Below the pieces are notes generated by a model that was given only the letters and a program-made list of their open reading frames with translations, was not told the origin of the DNA and ran no database searches. Positions 7,716 to 16,409 of a stretch of DNA of 64,000 bases are shown here, one piece after another. This stretch comes from Candidatus Pullilachnospira stercoravium (lineage in GTDB: Bacteria > Bacillota > Clostridia > Lachnospirales > Lachnospiraceae). The position numbers were made by a program, and so were the translations under genes. The stretch's first letter is position 1; each line of letters starts with the position of its first letter. The stretch is taken from the NCBI GenBank assembly GCA_018713585.1, contig DVON01000292.1:4749-68748 (forward strand), read 5' to 3'.

Positions 7716-8678
7716 TTAAGGTATCTCATTTAGTATCTGGCTTGGTGTCTGAATTCCAATTAATCTGATTTCATTTAATTCTTTTGCAGATAGGCAACCT
7801 GATTGATATAATCGTAAATACTCTTTTGAAACATCAGAATCAAAAATCAGTACATCATCTGAATTAATAGTAACATCTATGCCATTTCTGAACAATATCG
7901 AAATGGGGTGCTCCTTTATACTAGCCACTCTTCCCAGAAGCACATTACTTGATGGTGTAATGTTCAATCTTATTTTTTTCTCTTTCAAGAAATCCATTGC
8001 TTCTTTTGATTGTGCTGCCGCAATACCATGCTGAACTTCATCCAGATGTAACTTATTTATAGCTTGCATTACATCGTCAGCGGATCCCCATTCTCCAACA
8101 TGTGCTTTCAGTCTCAAGCCTTCTTCTTTTGCTTTCTCATAAATTGGAATGAAATTTTCAATCGGCTGTGCCTTTTCATCCCCATACAAATCTATAGAAT
8201 AAAACTGTTTATGTCCCCAAAAATGAGACAAACAATCCTCAAGATATGAAATCTCACAATGTCTCGATAATCCAATTTGTAAGCGCATCTCTATTTCTGG
8301 TGCTATCCGTTCATGAATCTCTTCGAATGAATCAACCAGCTCTTCAATATCATTATTGAAAAATGTTTTTAATCCCCAAACGTCTTCACCAATTTCTAAA
8401 ACTTTCACTCCATCATATTTTGCTTGAACAAATGTGGCTTCGATAAGTAATTTTCGTTGTTGTGAAGAATTGAATCTACTTCCTATATACTTGGTACTCC
8501 ATTCATCCATCTCCTTCATCGAAGTAATCGGATGTACTAAAGGTTCAATATAATAACCTGTTTTATTAAAAATGAACTGTCTATTTCCTCCCAAAACGAA
8601 GTGATTATGTAAATCAGATTTAGGACTCTTCCTTATTTCCGTTATATTTTCATTCTTTAATGCCTCTACAAAATCCAT
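7716..8678 (-). CDS. Adenosine/adenine deaminase-family metallohydrolase (A_deaminase fold), AT-rich and probably horizontally acquired
   Basis: The family signature residues are all present: SDLHNH (HxH), KAHVGEWG (H..GE), VQHG and TINSDDV (DD). GGAGGA lies 6 nt upstream of the ATG at 8678. Codon and GC usage differ clearly from neighbouring genes. Confidence 0.8.
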   Translation of the reverse strand: MDFVEALKNENITEIRKSPKSDLHNHFVLGGNRQFIFNKTGYYIEPLVHPITSMKEMDEWSTKYIGSRFNSSQQRKLLIEATFVQAKYDGVKVLEIGEDVWGLKTFFNNDIEELVDSFEEIHERIAPEIEMRLQIGLSRHCEISYLEDCLSHFWGHKQFYSIDLYGDEKAQPIENFIPIYEKAKEEGLRLKAHVGEWGSADDVMQAINKLHLDEVQHGIAAAQSKEAMDFLKEKKIRLNITPSSNVLLGRVASIKEHPISILFRNGIDVTINSDDVLIFDSDVSKEYLRLYQSGCLSAKELNEIRLIGIQTPSQILNEIP

Positions 8679-8929
8679 ATCTATCCTCCACTTTTACAAT
8701 TTCAAAGATTTGCCGTTCTTTTCAACTCCCTGATAAATCTAATTTGCTGCTCTGTTCAGATTATATAAAATAGCATCATTGCTTTCTGGCTTTTATCATA
8801 CCACAGTTCCCCCCTGTTTTTCCATTTCATTTTGTAAGTCTCACAGTGGATAGTCATTCGATAAAAATAAAAGAGGGTTTGGGGCGTTATGTCAGCCGCT
8901 GGACGCTATGCGAAAGGGGGCTGGTGCTT

Positions 8930-9016
8930 ATGGTTACATATTCTGATCTATTCAGTTTTGTGATTATGCTTTGCACTGTAATTACTCTTGTTATCCATTT
9001 TGCACGCAAAAAGTAG
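8930..9016 (+). CDS. 28-aa hydrophobic peptide resembling the putative holin-like toxin family (Hol-Tox, type I toxin-like)
   Basis: The peptide MVTYSDLFSFVIMLCTVITLVIHFARKK* has a polar N-terminus, a single TM helix and a basic tail. The RBS AAAGGGGG lies 9 nt upstream. A GTAGCG...CGCTAC hairpin overlaps the stop codon. The ORF is below the 60-aa cutoff of the ORF track. Confidence 0.55.
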   Translation: MVTYSDLFSFVIMLCTVITLVIHFARKK

Positions 9017-9148
9017 CGCCCTCGCTCTGGTAAAGTAAGACGCTACTTTCTGTAACTCTTATTATGACAATGGAAAGTATATTATATGCTTTTGGTGGAA
9101 AAGTTTCAACCCTGAAACACTGGAAAGTTCGCACAGCGTGCAACATTT

Positions 9149-9217
9149 CATCCTTCCAGTTTCACTGTCAAAAAAAGCATGCAAACAGGCTGTGTTTCCT
9201 GCAGGCCTAGGGATCCC
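9149..9217 (+). repeat. Divergent, internally deleted copy of the dispersed intergenic repeat
   Basis: CATCCTTCCAGTTTCACTGTCAAAAAAAGCATGCAAACAGGCTGTGTTTCCTGCAGGCCTAGGGATCCC aligns with the left half and core of the copies at 3061 and 27446. It lies just 3' of the racemase gene. Confidence 0.6.
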
Positions 9218-9240
9218 ACACAAGGGCTGTACGGTATCTC

Positions 9241-10356
9241 TCAGAAAGACGCAGCATCTTTCATCTCCTCCCCATCCCCCACAATAATTTTCGGAATATC
9301 CGGATCCGCCAGAAGCGGATTGATCCGGAAGGAGAGTACATCTCCCGGATTGAGCCCCAGTCCCGTCAGATCCACCAGTGTATGGCCGGTGCCGGTGTTG
9401 TCCAGAATGGGGACACGGCTTCCGTTTCTGGACAGACAGTACGCGTGATCCGGGAAAAACATATTCCGGACTGCATGCCGCAAAAGTCCGAGAGGTTCCC
9501 GGGACTGTCTTGCCAGCCCCAGGCCGTCCCCGCAGCCGGCCCGGACCACGCCGATGAGACTGTCCCTTTTCAGCTTCACATCTCTCCGGTATCCTGCATA
9601 CTCCCCGGCAGGATACCATTTCTTTTCGCAGATTTTTGCTTCCAGCCGAACCGCATCCTGAAAATCCGCCCGTCCCTCTGTCTCTTTTCCCAGAAGCAGA
9701 GATCCGATTCTCACCCCGTCATATCCCAGATCCCCGGCCCAGGCCAGCGTGCGGCTGGCGGCCGCGTGGACAAAGGGAACGGGAACGCCGGACTCCTCCA
9801 GAATCTTCAGCGCCTGGTCAAAACGCTGCTTCTGCAGAAGAATATTTTTCCGGTAATTTCTTCCGCAGGAGGCAAAATGCGTGTAGATGCCTTCAATATT
9901 CATATCCAGCGTGCAGAACTTCACGGTGAGAAGCGTATCCCGGAAAAATCCGTACCGCCCCAGGCCGGTATCGATCTTTATGTGAATCCGGGGAGATCTG
10001 CGCATACCCCGGGAAGCCTGGCGCAGCACATCCGCCTGCCGTGAATTTCCCACCATAAAAATAATATTTTCTTCCAGCAGCTGACTGCACAAGGGGAGGG
10101 AATATTCAGGTGTCAGAAGAAGAATATCGCCGGAAAACCCCAGATTCCGCAGCGTCAGTGCCTCCCGGGGAGTTCCCACGCAGAAAAAGTCTACGCCGCA
10201 GCCGGAAAGAATCCGGTAAGCAGACGCAATTCCGATACCATACCCGTCCTCCTTCACAACAGCCATCAGCCGGGCGCCGGTCAGCTGCCGGACGGCACGC
10301 ACATTGTTTTCGATACAGTCCCGGCGGATGACCAGCCGGCTTTCTTTCTTATCCAT
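9241..10356 (-). CDS. Alanine racemase-family PLP enzyme (paralog-like)
   Basis: The N-terminal motif LMAVVKEDGYGIG corresponds to the AVVKANAYGHG PLP-lysine motif. The length of 371 aa and the C-terminal beta-domain pattern (GEYAGYRR, VRAGCGDG) fit the family. Confidence 0.72.
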   Translation of the reverse strand: MDKKESRLVIRRDCIENNVRAVRQLTGARLMAVVKEDGYGIGIASAYRILSGCGVDFFCVGTPREALTLRNLGFSGDILLLTPEYSLPLCSQLLEENIIFMVGNSRQADVLRQASRGMRRSPRIHIKIDTGLGRYGFFRDTLLTVKFCTLDMNIEGIYTHFASCGRNYRKNILLQKQRFDQALKILEESGVPVPFVHAAASRTLAWAGDLGYDGVRIGSLLLGKETEGRADFQDAVRLEAKICEKKWYPAGEYAGYRRDVKLKRDSLIGVVRAGCGDGLGLARQSREPLGLLRHAVRNMFFPDHAYCLSRNGSRVPILDNTGTGHTLVDLTGLGLNPGDVLSFRINPLLADPDIPKIIVGDGEEMKDAASF

Positions 10357-10479
10357 AATTACCCCTCAACATTGCATCTGTGAAGCCGATGGTGTTTTTT
10401 GCTACAGGAAAAAGTATAGCAGAGGGATGTTTCGGGGTCTTCGCCAAAATGTAAAAAAGAAGTATCAAAAAAACGGGGC

Positions 10480-11682
10480 TCAGGAATCCTCCGCAGGCAG
10501 TTCCAGTATAACTGCCTGCCAGTTTTCCGTCTGAACGGGGACGGAAAATTCCATGTCAGGCGTATTCGTGGCCGCGTTGTCCGGATCCAGGCCGAAGGAT
10601 TCTGCCAGATCCTCCGAATCTGGCTCTGACTCAAAAATCAGGACATGCTCTCCATCGCAGGAAAAACGGAGATCCTGGATCTGACCTTCCCCCCGGTAGA
10701 GCAGTTTCCGGCCGTCAAACGTGCCGTTTCCGGAAAGGGTATAGCTGTACACCATATATCCGGATCCGAAATTTTCCGCGGTTACAGCTCTGTTCCGCTC
10801 CTCGTTGACAGCCAGAAGGCTGATATCGGGAAGATGTCCCTGCCACAGCAAAGCCTGCAGATAAAGCTGTGTATTTTCTCCGAAGGAAGCGGGACGGTAG
10901 GCGTTATCTTCATCCTCCGGAGGAACGAAGTACAGAAGCTCCGAGGCGTCGATTTCATGGAGGTAGCCCAGGTAAAGATCAGACTCATCGCCGTTTTCAA
11001 TGGCATCATAAGAGAGTCCCTCGATGAGCCCCAGTCCGCCGTTCCAGGACAAGGCGCCGTGGAGAAGAAAGGAATCCCCCCGCACAAGATCGATGGTCAG
11101 GGGAGTGGTGATATTTCCCTGGCGTTTATAATACCAGCACTGCGCCTGGTGCCTCCCGTCAGGCATTTCGGCGCTCCAGCCCAGAAAGGAGGAGGCGTCC
11201 GCAGACCAGACCCCGTCCACCTGAACGTCATAGAGATATTCAGCCAGTACCGTACAGCTGCCATCGGAAAGATTGTAAATCGACAGAGACAGATTATAAC
11301 CGCTGTCATCGGAAAGACAGGCGGCTTCTGTTCCGTCCGGGGAAATCCAGATGCCAAAGCAGTTGCTGGTGGGCAGCCGGAAAATATCCTGATAAAATCC
11401 ATAGACCACATCATACTGGCGAATGTAAATCTCCTGATTTTCCGTAACCGCCGTGTAAAGATATGCCTTTCCGTTTTCCTGCCGGAAGCCGGTACTGAAA
11501 ACAGGGACGTCTGTATTCCAGGACAGGGTCAGCATCTGTTCCAGGTCCCCATAATTTTCCGTGGACAGATCCGGAAGCAGAACCGTGCGTTCCCGGGGAG
11601 TCAGTCCGCAGCCGGAGCACATAGCCAGCCCCAGAAAAAACGCTGCTGCCCTCCATTGTATTTTTCTCTTTTCTATCCTCAT
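10480..11682 (-). CDS. Secreted protein/probable lipoprotein of unknown function, translationally coupled to the histidine kinase
   Basis: The start MRIEKRKIQWRAAAFFLGLAMCSGCG overlaps the kinase stop codon as ATGA (11679-11682). It has a signal peptide with Cys residues. It is rich in W/Y/D/G, consistent with a beta-rich fold. Confidence 0.65.
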   Translation of the reverse strand: MRIEKRKIQWRAAAFFLGLAMCSGCGLTPRERTVLLPDLSTENYGDLEQMLTLSWNTDVPVFSTGFRQENGKAYLYTAVTENQEIYIRQYDVVYGFYQDIFRLPTSNCFGIWISPDGTEAACLSDDSGYNLSLSIYNLSDGSCTVLAEYLYDVQVDGVWSADASSFLGWSAEMPDGRHQAQCWYYKRQGNITTPLTIDLVRGDSFLLHGALSWNGGLGLIEGLSYDAIENGDESDLYLGYLHEIDASELLYFVPPEDEDNAYRPASFGENTQLYLQALLWQGHLPDISLLAVNEERNRAVTAENFGSGYMVYSYTLSGNGTFDGRKLLYRGEGQIQDLRFSCDGEHVLIFESEPDSEDLAESFGLDPDNAATNTPDMEFSVPVQTENWQAVILELPAEDS

Positions 11683-13241
11683 TCTTCTGCCTCCTGTGTC
11701 CGGTAAAGCTTCAGGCATATGGCAAAAATATTGATTCCGTTGGGATGTGAAAATGCCCGGATGACGCCATGATGTTCCTGGATGATTTTCCGGCAGATGG
11801 AAAGTCCCAGTCCGGCGCTTCCCAGCTCCCTGGAATATTCTTTGTCGATTCTGCAGAACGGCTCAAAAATTTCCTCCAGCCGGTTTTGAGGAATCGGATC
11901 TCCACGGTTGATCACCTGAATAAGGACCTGCTCCCTGACGGACCGCAGATCCAGGACGATCTCTCCGCCCTGTTTTCCGTATTTAATGGCATTATCGGTG
12001 AGATTTATCAACACCTGGCGCAGCCGCTCCCCATAGCCCAGCGTCAAAAGCGGTCCGTTCCCTTTCACCAGGATCGAGCAGCCATACCGTTTAGCCTTAG
12101 GCATCATGGATGCGGCTACACTTTTGGCCAACACAAAAAGATCCACCGGTTCCGGTGAACCATCTGCTTCACGGTCACCCATTTCCAGCAACTGTACCAC
12201 CATCCGGTGAAGGCGGGTACTTTCTCCCAGAATATGTCCCAGACTTTTTTCAAGAAACTGTGTATCTTCCGCTCCTCCGTCCTCAAGAAGCTGAGCATAG
12301 CCCTGGATGGTGGTCAGCGGTGTTTTCAGCTCATGGGTGACGTTATTGTAAAATTCCTGCCGGCTTTCCATCAGAGAACGGATACTGTCCCGGTCCTGCT
12401 GAATTTTTTCAAACTGCAGCTCAATGGTTTCCATCATCCTGCTGTAACTGGAGGCCAGTTCCCCGATTTCATCTTTCCGCTTCAGAAGAGGGCTGTCCTT
12501 CAGTGGATTGCCGATGGGCATATGTTCCTTTTTCATGGTTCGGGATACTTTTCCGGAAATCTGGCTCAGGATTTTCAGCGGCTGTGTTACGGACCACAGA
12601 AGAAAGAAAACCACCAGACCAGACAAGAGATAACCGGCGCACACCACCTGAACCATCATACGCAGTATTTCCTGATTTTCCCGGCGTACAGAAGAATAAT
12701 CCATGATTGCAGCAAGAATACCTACATTCTGTTCTTCTACCTGCACCGGGGACGAAAAAAACACCTGGCAGGAACTTCCGGATCCGCATACCATGGTGAA
12801 AGCCGCTTCTCCCTTCAGAGCATGGGCAAAAGCTTCTGTGCCGGTGATCTGGCTGTCTCCGTCAGTTCCGGAGGGAATCTCCCCGGGGCCTGAGGCAGTC
12901 AGGATGCCGTCCAGAGTATAAAAAAATAATTTTCGCCCATTTGTCCGGGACAGCTCATTGAGGATTTCCTGGGAGCAATGTATCATTCCTTCCTCATCGT
13001 TGTTTTCGCCCCGCATCATGAAAATCTGGCGGGAATAAATCTGGGAATCCAGTCTTAAATCGTTACATTCTTTCTGGATGCGTTGTGTCAGACTCCGGTT
13101 CAGCTGACTTTGTACCGTGAGGCAGAGAATCAGGCCGCCGGCCCCAAAAGTGAGAATCAGGCCGGCAGATACCCGGAACCGGAGACTGTTCCAGAAACGT
13201 ACTTTTTTGGACTTTTTATTCTGCCTGTTTTTGCGGTTCAT
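11679..13241 (-). CDS. Sensor histidine kinase (HisKA + HATPase_c, two TM segments, periplasmic-type sensor domain)
   Basis: The H-box is FYNNVTHELKTPLT, the N-box is LINLTDNAIKY, and the G-boxes include GLGLSICRKII. The start MNRKNRQNKK at 13241 overlaps the response-regulator gene end. Confidence 0.87.
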   Translation of the reverse strand: MNRKNRQNKKSKKVRFWNSLRFRVSAGLILTFGAGGLILCLTVQSQLNRSLTQRIQKECNDLRLDSQIYSRQIFMMRGENNDEEGMIHCSQEILNELSRTNGRKLFFYTLDGILTASGPGEIPSGTDGDSQITGTEAFAHALKGEAAFTMVCGSGSSCQVFFSSPVQVEEQNVGILAAIMDYSSVRRENQEILRMMVQVVCAGYLLSGLVVFFLLWSVTQPLKILSQISGKVSRTMKKEHMPIGNPLKDSPLLKRKDEIGELASSYSRMMETIELQFEKIQQDRDSIRSLMESRQEFYNNVTHELKTPLTTIQGYAQLLEDGGAEDTQFLEKSLGHILGESTRLHRMVVQLLEMGDREADGSPEPVDLFVLAKSVAASMMPKAKRYGCSILVKGNGPLLTLGYGERLRQVLINLTDNAIKYGKQGGEIVLDLRSVREQVLIQVINRGDPIPQNRLEEIFEPFCRIDKEYSRELGSAGLGLSICRKIIQEHHGVIRAFSHPNGINIFAICLKLYRTQEAEE

Positions 13242-13950
13242 ACTTATACCCCACACCGAAAACTGTGGACAGCCCCACATCATTTCCCAGTTTTTTGCGG
13301 AGTCTTTGGATGTGGATATCTACTGTCCTGGTATCACCTTCAAAATCGTATCCCCAGATCTGTTCCAGAAGCGTGGCACGGGTGAAAACCTGTCCCGGAT
13401 GTTCCAGCAGAAAAACCAGCAGTTCAAATTCTTTTGGAGTCAGATCCATACGCCGTCCGTTTTTGGTTACTGTCCAGCCCTGACGGGAAATCACCAGCGG
13501 ACCCCGGCAGAGAAGATCTCCCGAATTTGTACTCTCAGCCGGATCCTTTTTGGCACGTTCACTTTCCGCTTTTTCAAAACGCCGAAGAATACTTTTGACC
13601 CTGGCAATTACTTCCCGGAGATCAAAGGGTTTGGTGATATAGTCATCGGCTCCGGTTTCCAGCCCATACAGTTTGTCCTCCACACTGCCCCTGGCCGTCA
13701 GCATAACAATGGGGATGTTATACCGCTCTGTAATGATCCGGCACAGATCCACTCCGCTGATGTCCGGAAGCATCCAGTCCAGCAGCACCAGGGAAGGAGA
13801 AAATTCCCCCACAAGTTTCCAGCCCTTTCCCGCCGAACCGGCGCACTGGACCTGGAAGCCTTCTCTGGTCAGCCCGTATGCCAGAAGATCCGCAATGGGC
13901 TTTTCATCCTCGATGATCAAAATTCTGCTTTTTTCCTGTTTGTCCGTCAT
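13216..13950 (-). CDS. OmpR/PhoB-family response regulator
   Basis: The start MTDKQEKSRILIIEDE is at 13950. The receiver motifs are LVLLDWMLPD and the conserved Lys context ITKPF. The C-terminal winged helix reads RTVDIHIQRLRKKL. The upstream extension in the ORF track runs through a repeat element and is not used. Confidence 0.9.
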   Translation of the reverse strand: MTDKQEKSRILIIEDEKPIADLLAYGLTREGFQVQCAGSAGKGWKLVGEFSPSLVLLDWMLPDISGVDLCRIITERYNIPIVMLTARGSVEDKLYGLETGADDYITKPFDLREVIARVKSILRRFEKAESERAKKDPAESTNSGDLLCRGPLVISRQGWTVTKNGRRMDLTPKEFELLVFLLEHPGQVFTRATLLEQIWGYDFEGDTRTVDIHIQRLRKKLGNDVGLSTVFGVGYKYEPQKQAE

Positions 13951-13980
13951 AAAACCGCATCCCCTCATTTGTAAATACTT

Positions 13981-14296
13981 GTAACCGTTCAGACTTCCGG
14001 CTTCACTGTCACAAATACTTCCCGTTGTCTGTATCCATTGATCCACTTCTTAATGAATTATATCAGATTTTACAGGTATCTCCTATGCGGAAGATGTAAA
14101 AAGATTGTAACATTTTCTGTGAAAATGCACACAGGCTGCCAAACTGTGGCCCGCATGCATGTTTTTGTGACAGTGAAGCGTTACACTGAATAAGAAAGGC
14201 ATGGAGAAAGGAGAAGAATTGTATTATAATGAAGAAAAGTAACCGTTTGTTCTTCCGGCCTTGCTGACGCAAGGGCTGAAGGCTGAACGGTCACAA
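13981..14296. repeat. Mosaic cluster of fragments of the dispersed repeat family, in both orientations
   Basis: 13981-14018 is GTAACCGTTCAGACTTCCGGCTTCACTGTCACAAA (plus orientation). 14125-14190 is ATGCACACAGGCTGC...GCATGCATGTTTTTGTGACAGTGAAGCGTTACACTGAA (core plus an inverted arm). 14239-14296 is the inverted pair GTAACCGTTTGTTCTTCCGGCC...GGCTGAAGGCTGAACGGTCAC. Confidence 0.65.
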
Positions 14297-14316
14297 AGAA
14301 AAAAGCGGGATTTATC

Positions 14317-14565
14317 ATGAATTATACTTACATTTTAAAATGCAGGGACGGTACCTATTATACCGGATGGACCAACGATCTGGAACGCCGTATAAAAACC
14401 CATAATCAGGGAAAGGGAGCCAAATACACCAGGACCCGGAGGCCGGTGGAACTGGCTTATTATGAAGCTTTTTCCACGAAGGAGGAGGCCATGCGCCGGG
14501 AGGCCCAGATTAAACACATGGACAGGAAGAAAAAAGAAAAACTGATCATGGGGAAAGGTGCCTGA
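14317..14565 (+). CDS. Small GIY-YIG nuclease-superfamily protein (UPF0213-like)
   Basis: [37 protein letters not shown] is the canonical GIY-(x10)-YIG-like signature. The protein is 82 aa. Confidence 0.85.
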   Translation: MNYTYILKCRDGTYYTGWTNDLERRIKTHNQGKGAKYTRTRRPVELAYYEAFSTKEEAMRREAQIKHMDRKKKEKLIMGKGA

Positions 14566-14585
14566 AGACATGGGAGGTGACAGTC

Positions 14586-15149
14586 ATGAAACAGAAAATA
14601 CAGCAAGTGGAGAAAAATGGTTATATCCGTTGGATCAGCCGGATCTCCTGGGGGCTGATGGCAGCATGGCTGCTGTGGTTTCTCTGGAAATTCCCCCGCC
14701 TGCCCCGGGAAATGCCTCTGCATTTTGGCATTGACGGGCAGCCGGACCGTTGGGGAGGAAAAGAAGAACTGTGGTTTACCGTGATTCTGTGCGCTGTTCT
14801 GTTTGCGGGACTTACCATCGTGCTTCGTTTTCCGCGGATCTGGAACACGGGATCTGTAAAAGTCACAGAGCAGAACCGGAAGTGGGTGTATCAGAATCTG
14901 GCGTCCATGCTGGTATCGGTCCGTCTGGGAATGGTGATCGTATTTGCTTATTCCCAGTGGATGGCTGTGGGGTCCGGCAGCGTGGGTATTTTGTTCTGGA
15001 TTATATGGGCGGTGGCGCTGTTCGGGCCGGTGATCTTTTTTACGGTTCGGCTGTCGCGAAAACCGCCGGACCAATGGGGAGAATTTTCCGCGGGAGATAA
15101 AGCTGCGGAGAATAAAAACAACGGACGCAGGGAAAGCAAATGGATCTGA
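14586..15149 (+). CDS. DUF1648-type integral membrane protein
   Basis: PLHFGIDGQPDRWGGKEELW is the DUF1648 hallmark. There are four predicted TM helices. The ATG at 14586 lies 8 nt after GGGAGG. Confidence 0.68.
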   Translation: MKQKIQQVEKNGYIRWISRISWGLMAAWLLWFLWKFPRLPREMPLHFGIDGQPDRWGGKEELWFTVILCAVLFAGLTIVLRFPRIWNTGSVKVTEQNRKWVYQNLASMLVSVRLGMVIVFAYSQWMAVGSGSVGILFWIIWAVALFGPVIFFTVRLSRKPPDQWGEFSAGDKAAENKNNGRRESKWI

Positions 15150-15203
15150 AAGCAGAGGGCCGACAGCAGAGGGTTGACGGAAAGACGAGTCCGCGGAAAA
15201 AAG

Positions 15204-15248
15204 AAAAGCGGCCGGGTCATGGGATAAAACCATGACCCGGCCGCTTTT
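15204..15248. terminator. Strong bidirectional intrinsic terminator
   Basis: AAAAGCGGCCGGGTCATGG-GATAAAA-CCATGACCCGGCCGCTTTT is a perfect 19-bp stem including its A/T tracts. It lies between the convergent DUF1648 gene and glgD. Confidence 0.88.
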
Positions 15249-15292
15249 AGACAACAGACATCTGTCTGTGTGAAAAGCAGATTGCTCTGCAC

Positions 15293-16408
15293 TCAGACCA
15301 CATCATCTCTCCGGATATATCCGGGCTGTTCCGGACTTGCCACGATCTCCATGGGATGGATAATTCTTGCGTTTTTATCCACCACCTGGTTCTCCAGAAC
15401 CGCGTCTTTTCCCACCGTTACGCCGGGAAGCAGGATACAGTTGCGGATCACCGCTCCTTTCCGGATGGTACAGCCTCTTCCGATGACGGAATTTTCCAGA
15501 TCGCCTTCAATGAGGCAGCCGTTGGACACCACGGAATTTTTCACCGTCGCGCTCTCAAAATAACGGGTGGGACAGGAATCGTTGGTTCTGGTATAAACCG
15601 GCCACTCATCCTGAAATACCTCTTCTGCCGTCTTGAAATTGATCAGGGACATGTTTGCGTCATAGTAGCTCTTGAAATCCGTGATGGAAGCGAAGTAGCC
15701 GTGGTGAGAGATTGCCCGCACATCCAGTTCGCTGCATTTGCTGTTTACAATGTCGTGAAGCGTGTACATGGAGGAAAGCTTTCTTGCCTGTTTTACCAGA
15801 TCCATGAACAGTTCTTTTTTCATAATGTAAGTATCCATAAAGATATTCCGGTTTTTGGCTGTGCCCCGGTTGGCCTCGATGGATTCTACGCCTTTCTGAC
15901 GGTTGAGATTCAGGATATTGCAGCTGAGATAATGTTCCTTCGCGTTATCCACTGCATGGTACATCAGGGAAATATCGGCTCCGGACTGAATGTGACTTTC
16001 AAGCGCTTCACTGTAATCCTGAACATAAATCATGTAGGCGGGAGCGATAATCACATAATTGCAGTTGGCCGATTCTATGTAATCCATATTTTCCGCGAAA
16101 GCTGCCACATCATTTTTGTAAAGAATATTCTCCGCCCGGTCTCTGGAAAACAGAATCTGAAGATTTCCGCGTTTGGAGTTGATATTGTACTGCCGTCCGG
16201 TACCCAGATGCTCTACCAGGGAGCGAGGTTTCCTCTGGATATAAACCTGGATCTGATCGATACCGCTGTTGGTCATGTTGGAAATGGGAAAATCAATGAC
16301 CCGGTACCTGCCCAGAAACGAGAACGCCCCGATGGGACGGTAATCCTGCATGCCGTCTACCCAGATATGATTTCCGGAAAAGTTAATAATTCCCAGTGCC
16401 CTTTCCAT
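15293..16408 (-). CDS. glgD: Glucose-1-phosphate adenylyltransferase, GlgD subunit
   Basis: It has a nucleotidyltransferase fold followed by left-handed beta-helix repeats. It sits immediately downstream of glgC (2-nt gap) and lacks the GlgC GGxGxRL motif. This is the typical Firmicute glgCD pair. Confidence 0.85.
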   Translation of the reverse strand: MERALGIINFSGNHIWVDGMQDYRPIGAFSFLGRYRVIDFPISNMTNSGIDQIQVYIQRKPRSLVEHLGTGRQYNINSKRGNLQILFSRDRAENILYKNDVAAFAENMDYIESANCNYVIIAPAYMIYVQDYSEALESHIQSGADISLMYHAVDNAKEHYLSCNILNLNRQKGVESIEANRGTAKNRNIFMDTYIMKKELFMDLVKQARKLSSMYTLHDIVNSKCSELDVRAISHHGYFASITDFKSYYDANMSLINFKTAEEVFQDEWPVYTRTNDSCPTRYFESATVKNSVVSNGCLIEGDLENSVIGRGCTIRKGAVIRNCILLPGVTVGKDAVLENQVVDKNARIIHPMEIVASPEQPGYIRRDDVV

Positions 16409-16409
16409 A

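Noticed and set aside
7535-7768. 77-aa plus-strand ORF in the structured block
   Set aside because: It has a non-ATG start and no RBS. It overlaps the 3' end of the deaminase gene by about 50 nt on the opposite strand. It has no recognisable motif.
10645-11706. 353-aa plus-strand ORF; also 18606-19346 and 33965-34864
   Set aside because: These are antisense to the exported protein, the S1-domain gene and the hypothetical 392-aa gene respectively. They have no motifs or RBS.
14317-14565. GIY-YIG homing endonuclease or mobile intron-associated gene
   Set aside because: The protein is only 82 aa and consists of the bare catalytic module (UPF0213 type) without a DNA-binding domain. It is not inserted in another gene.
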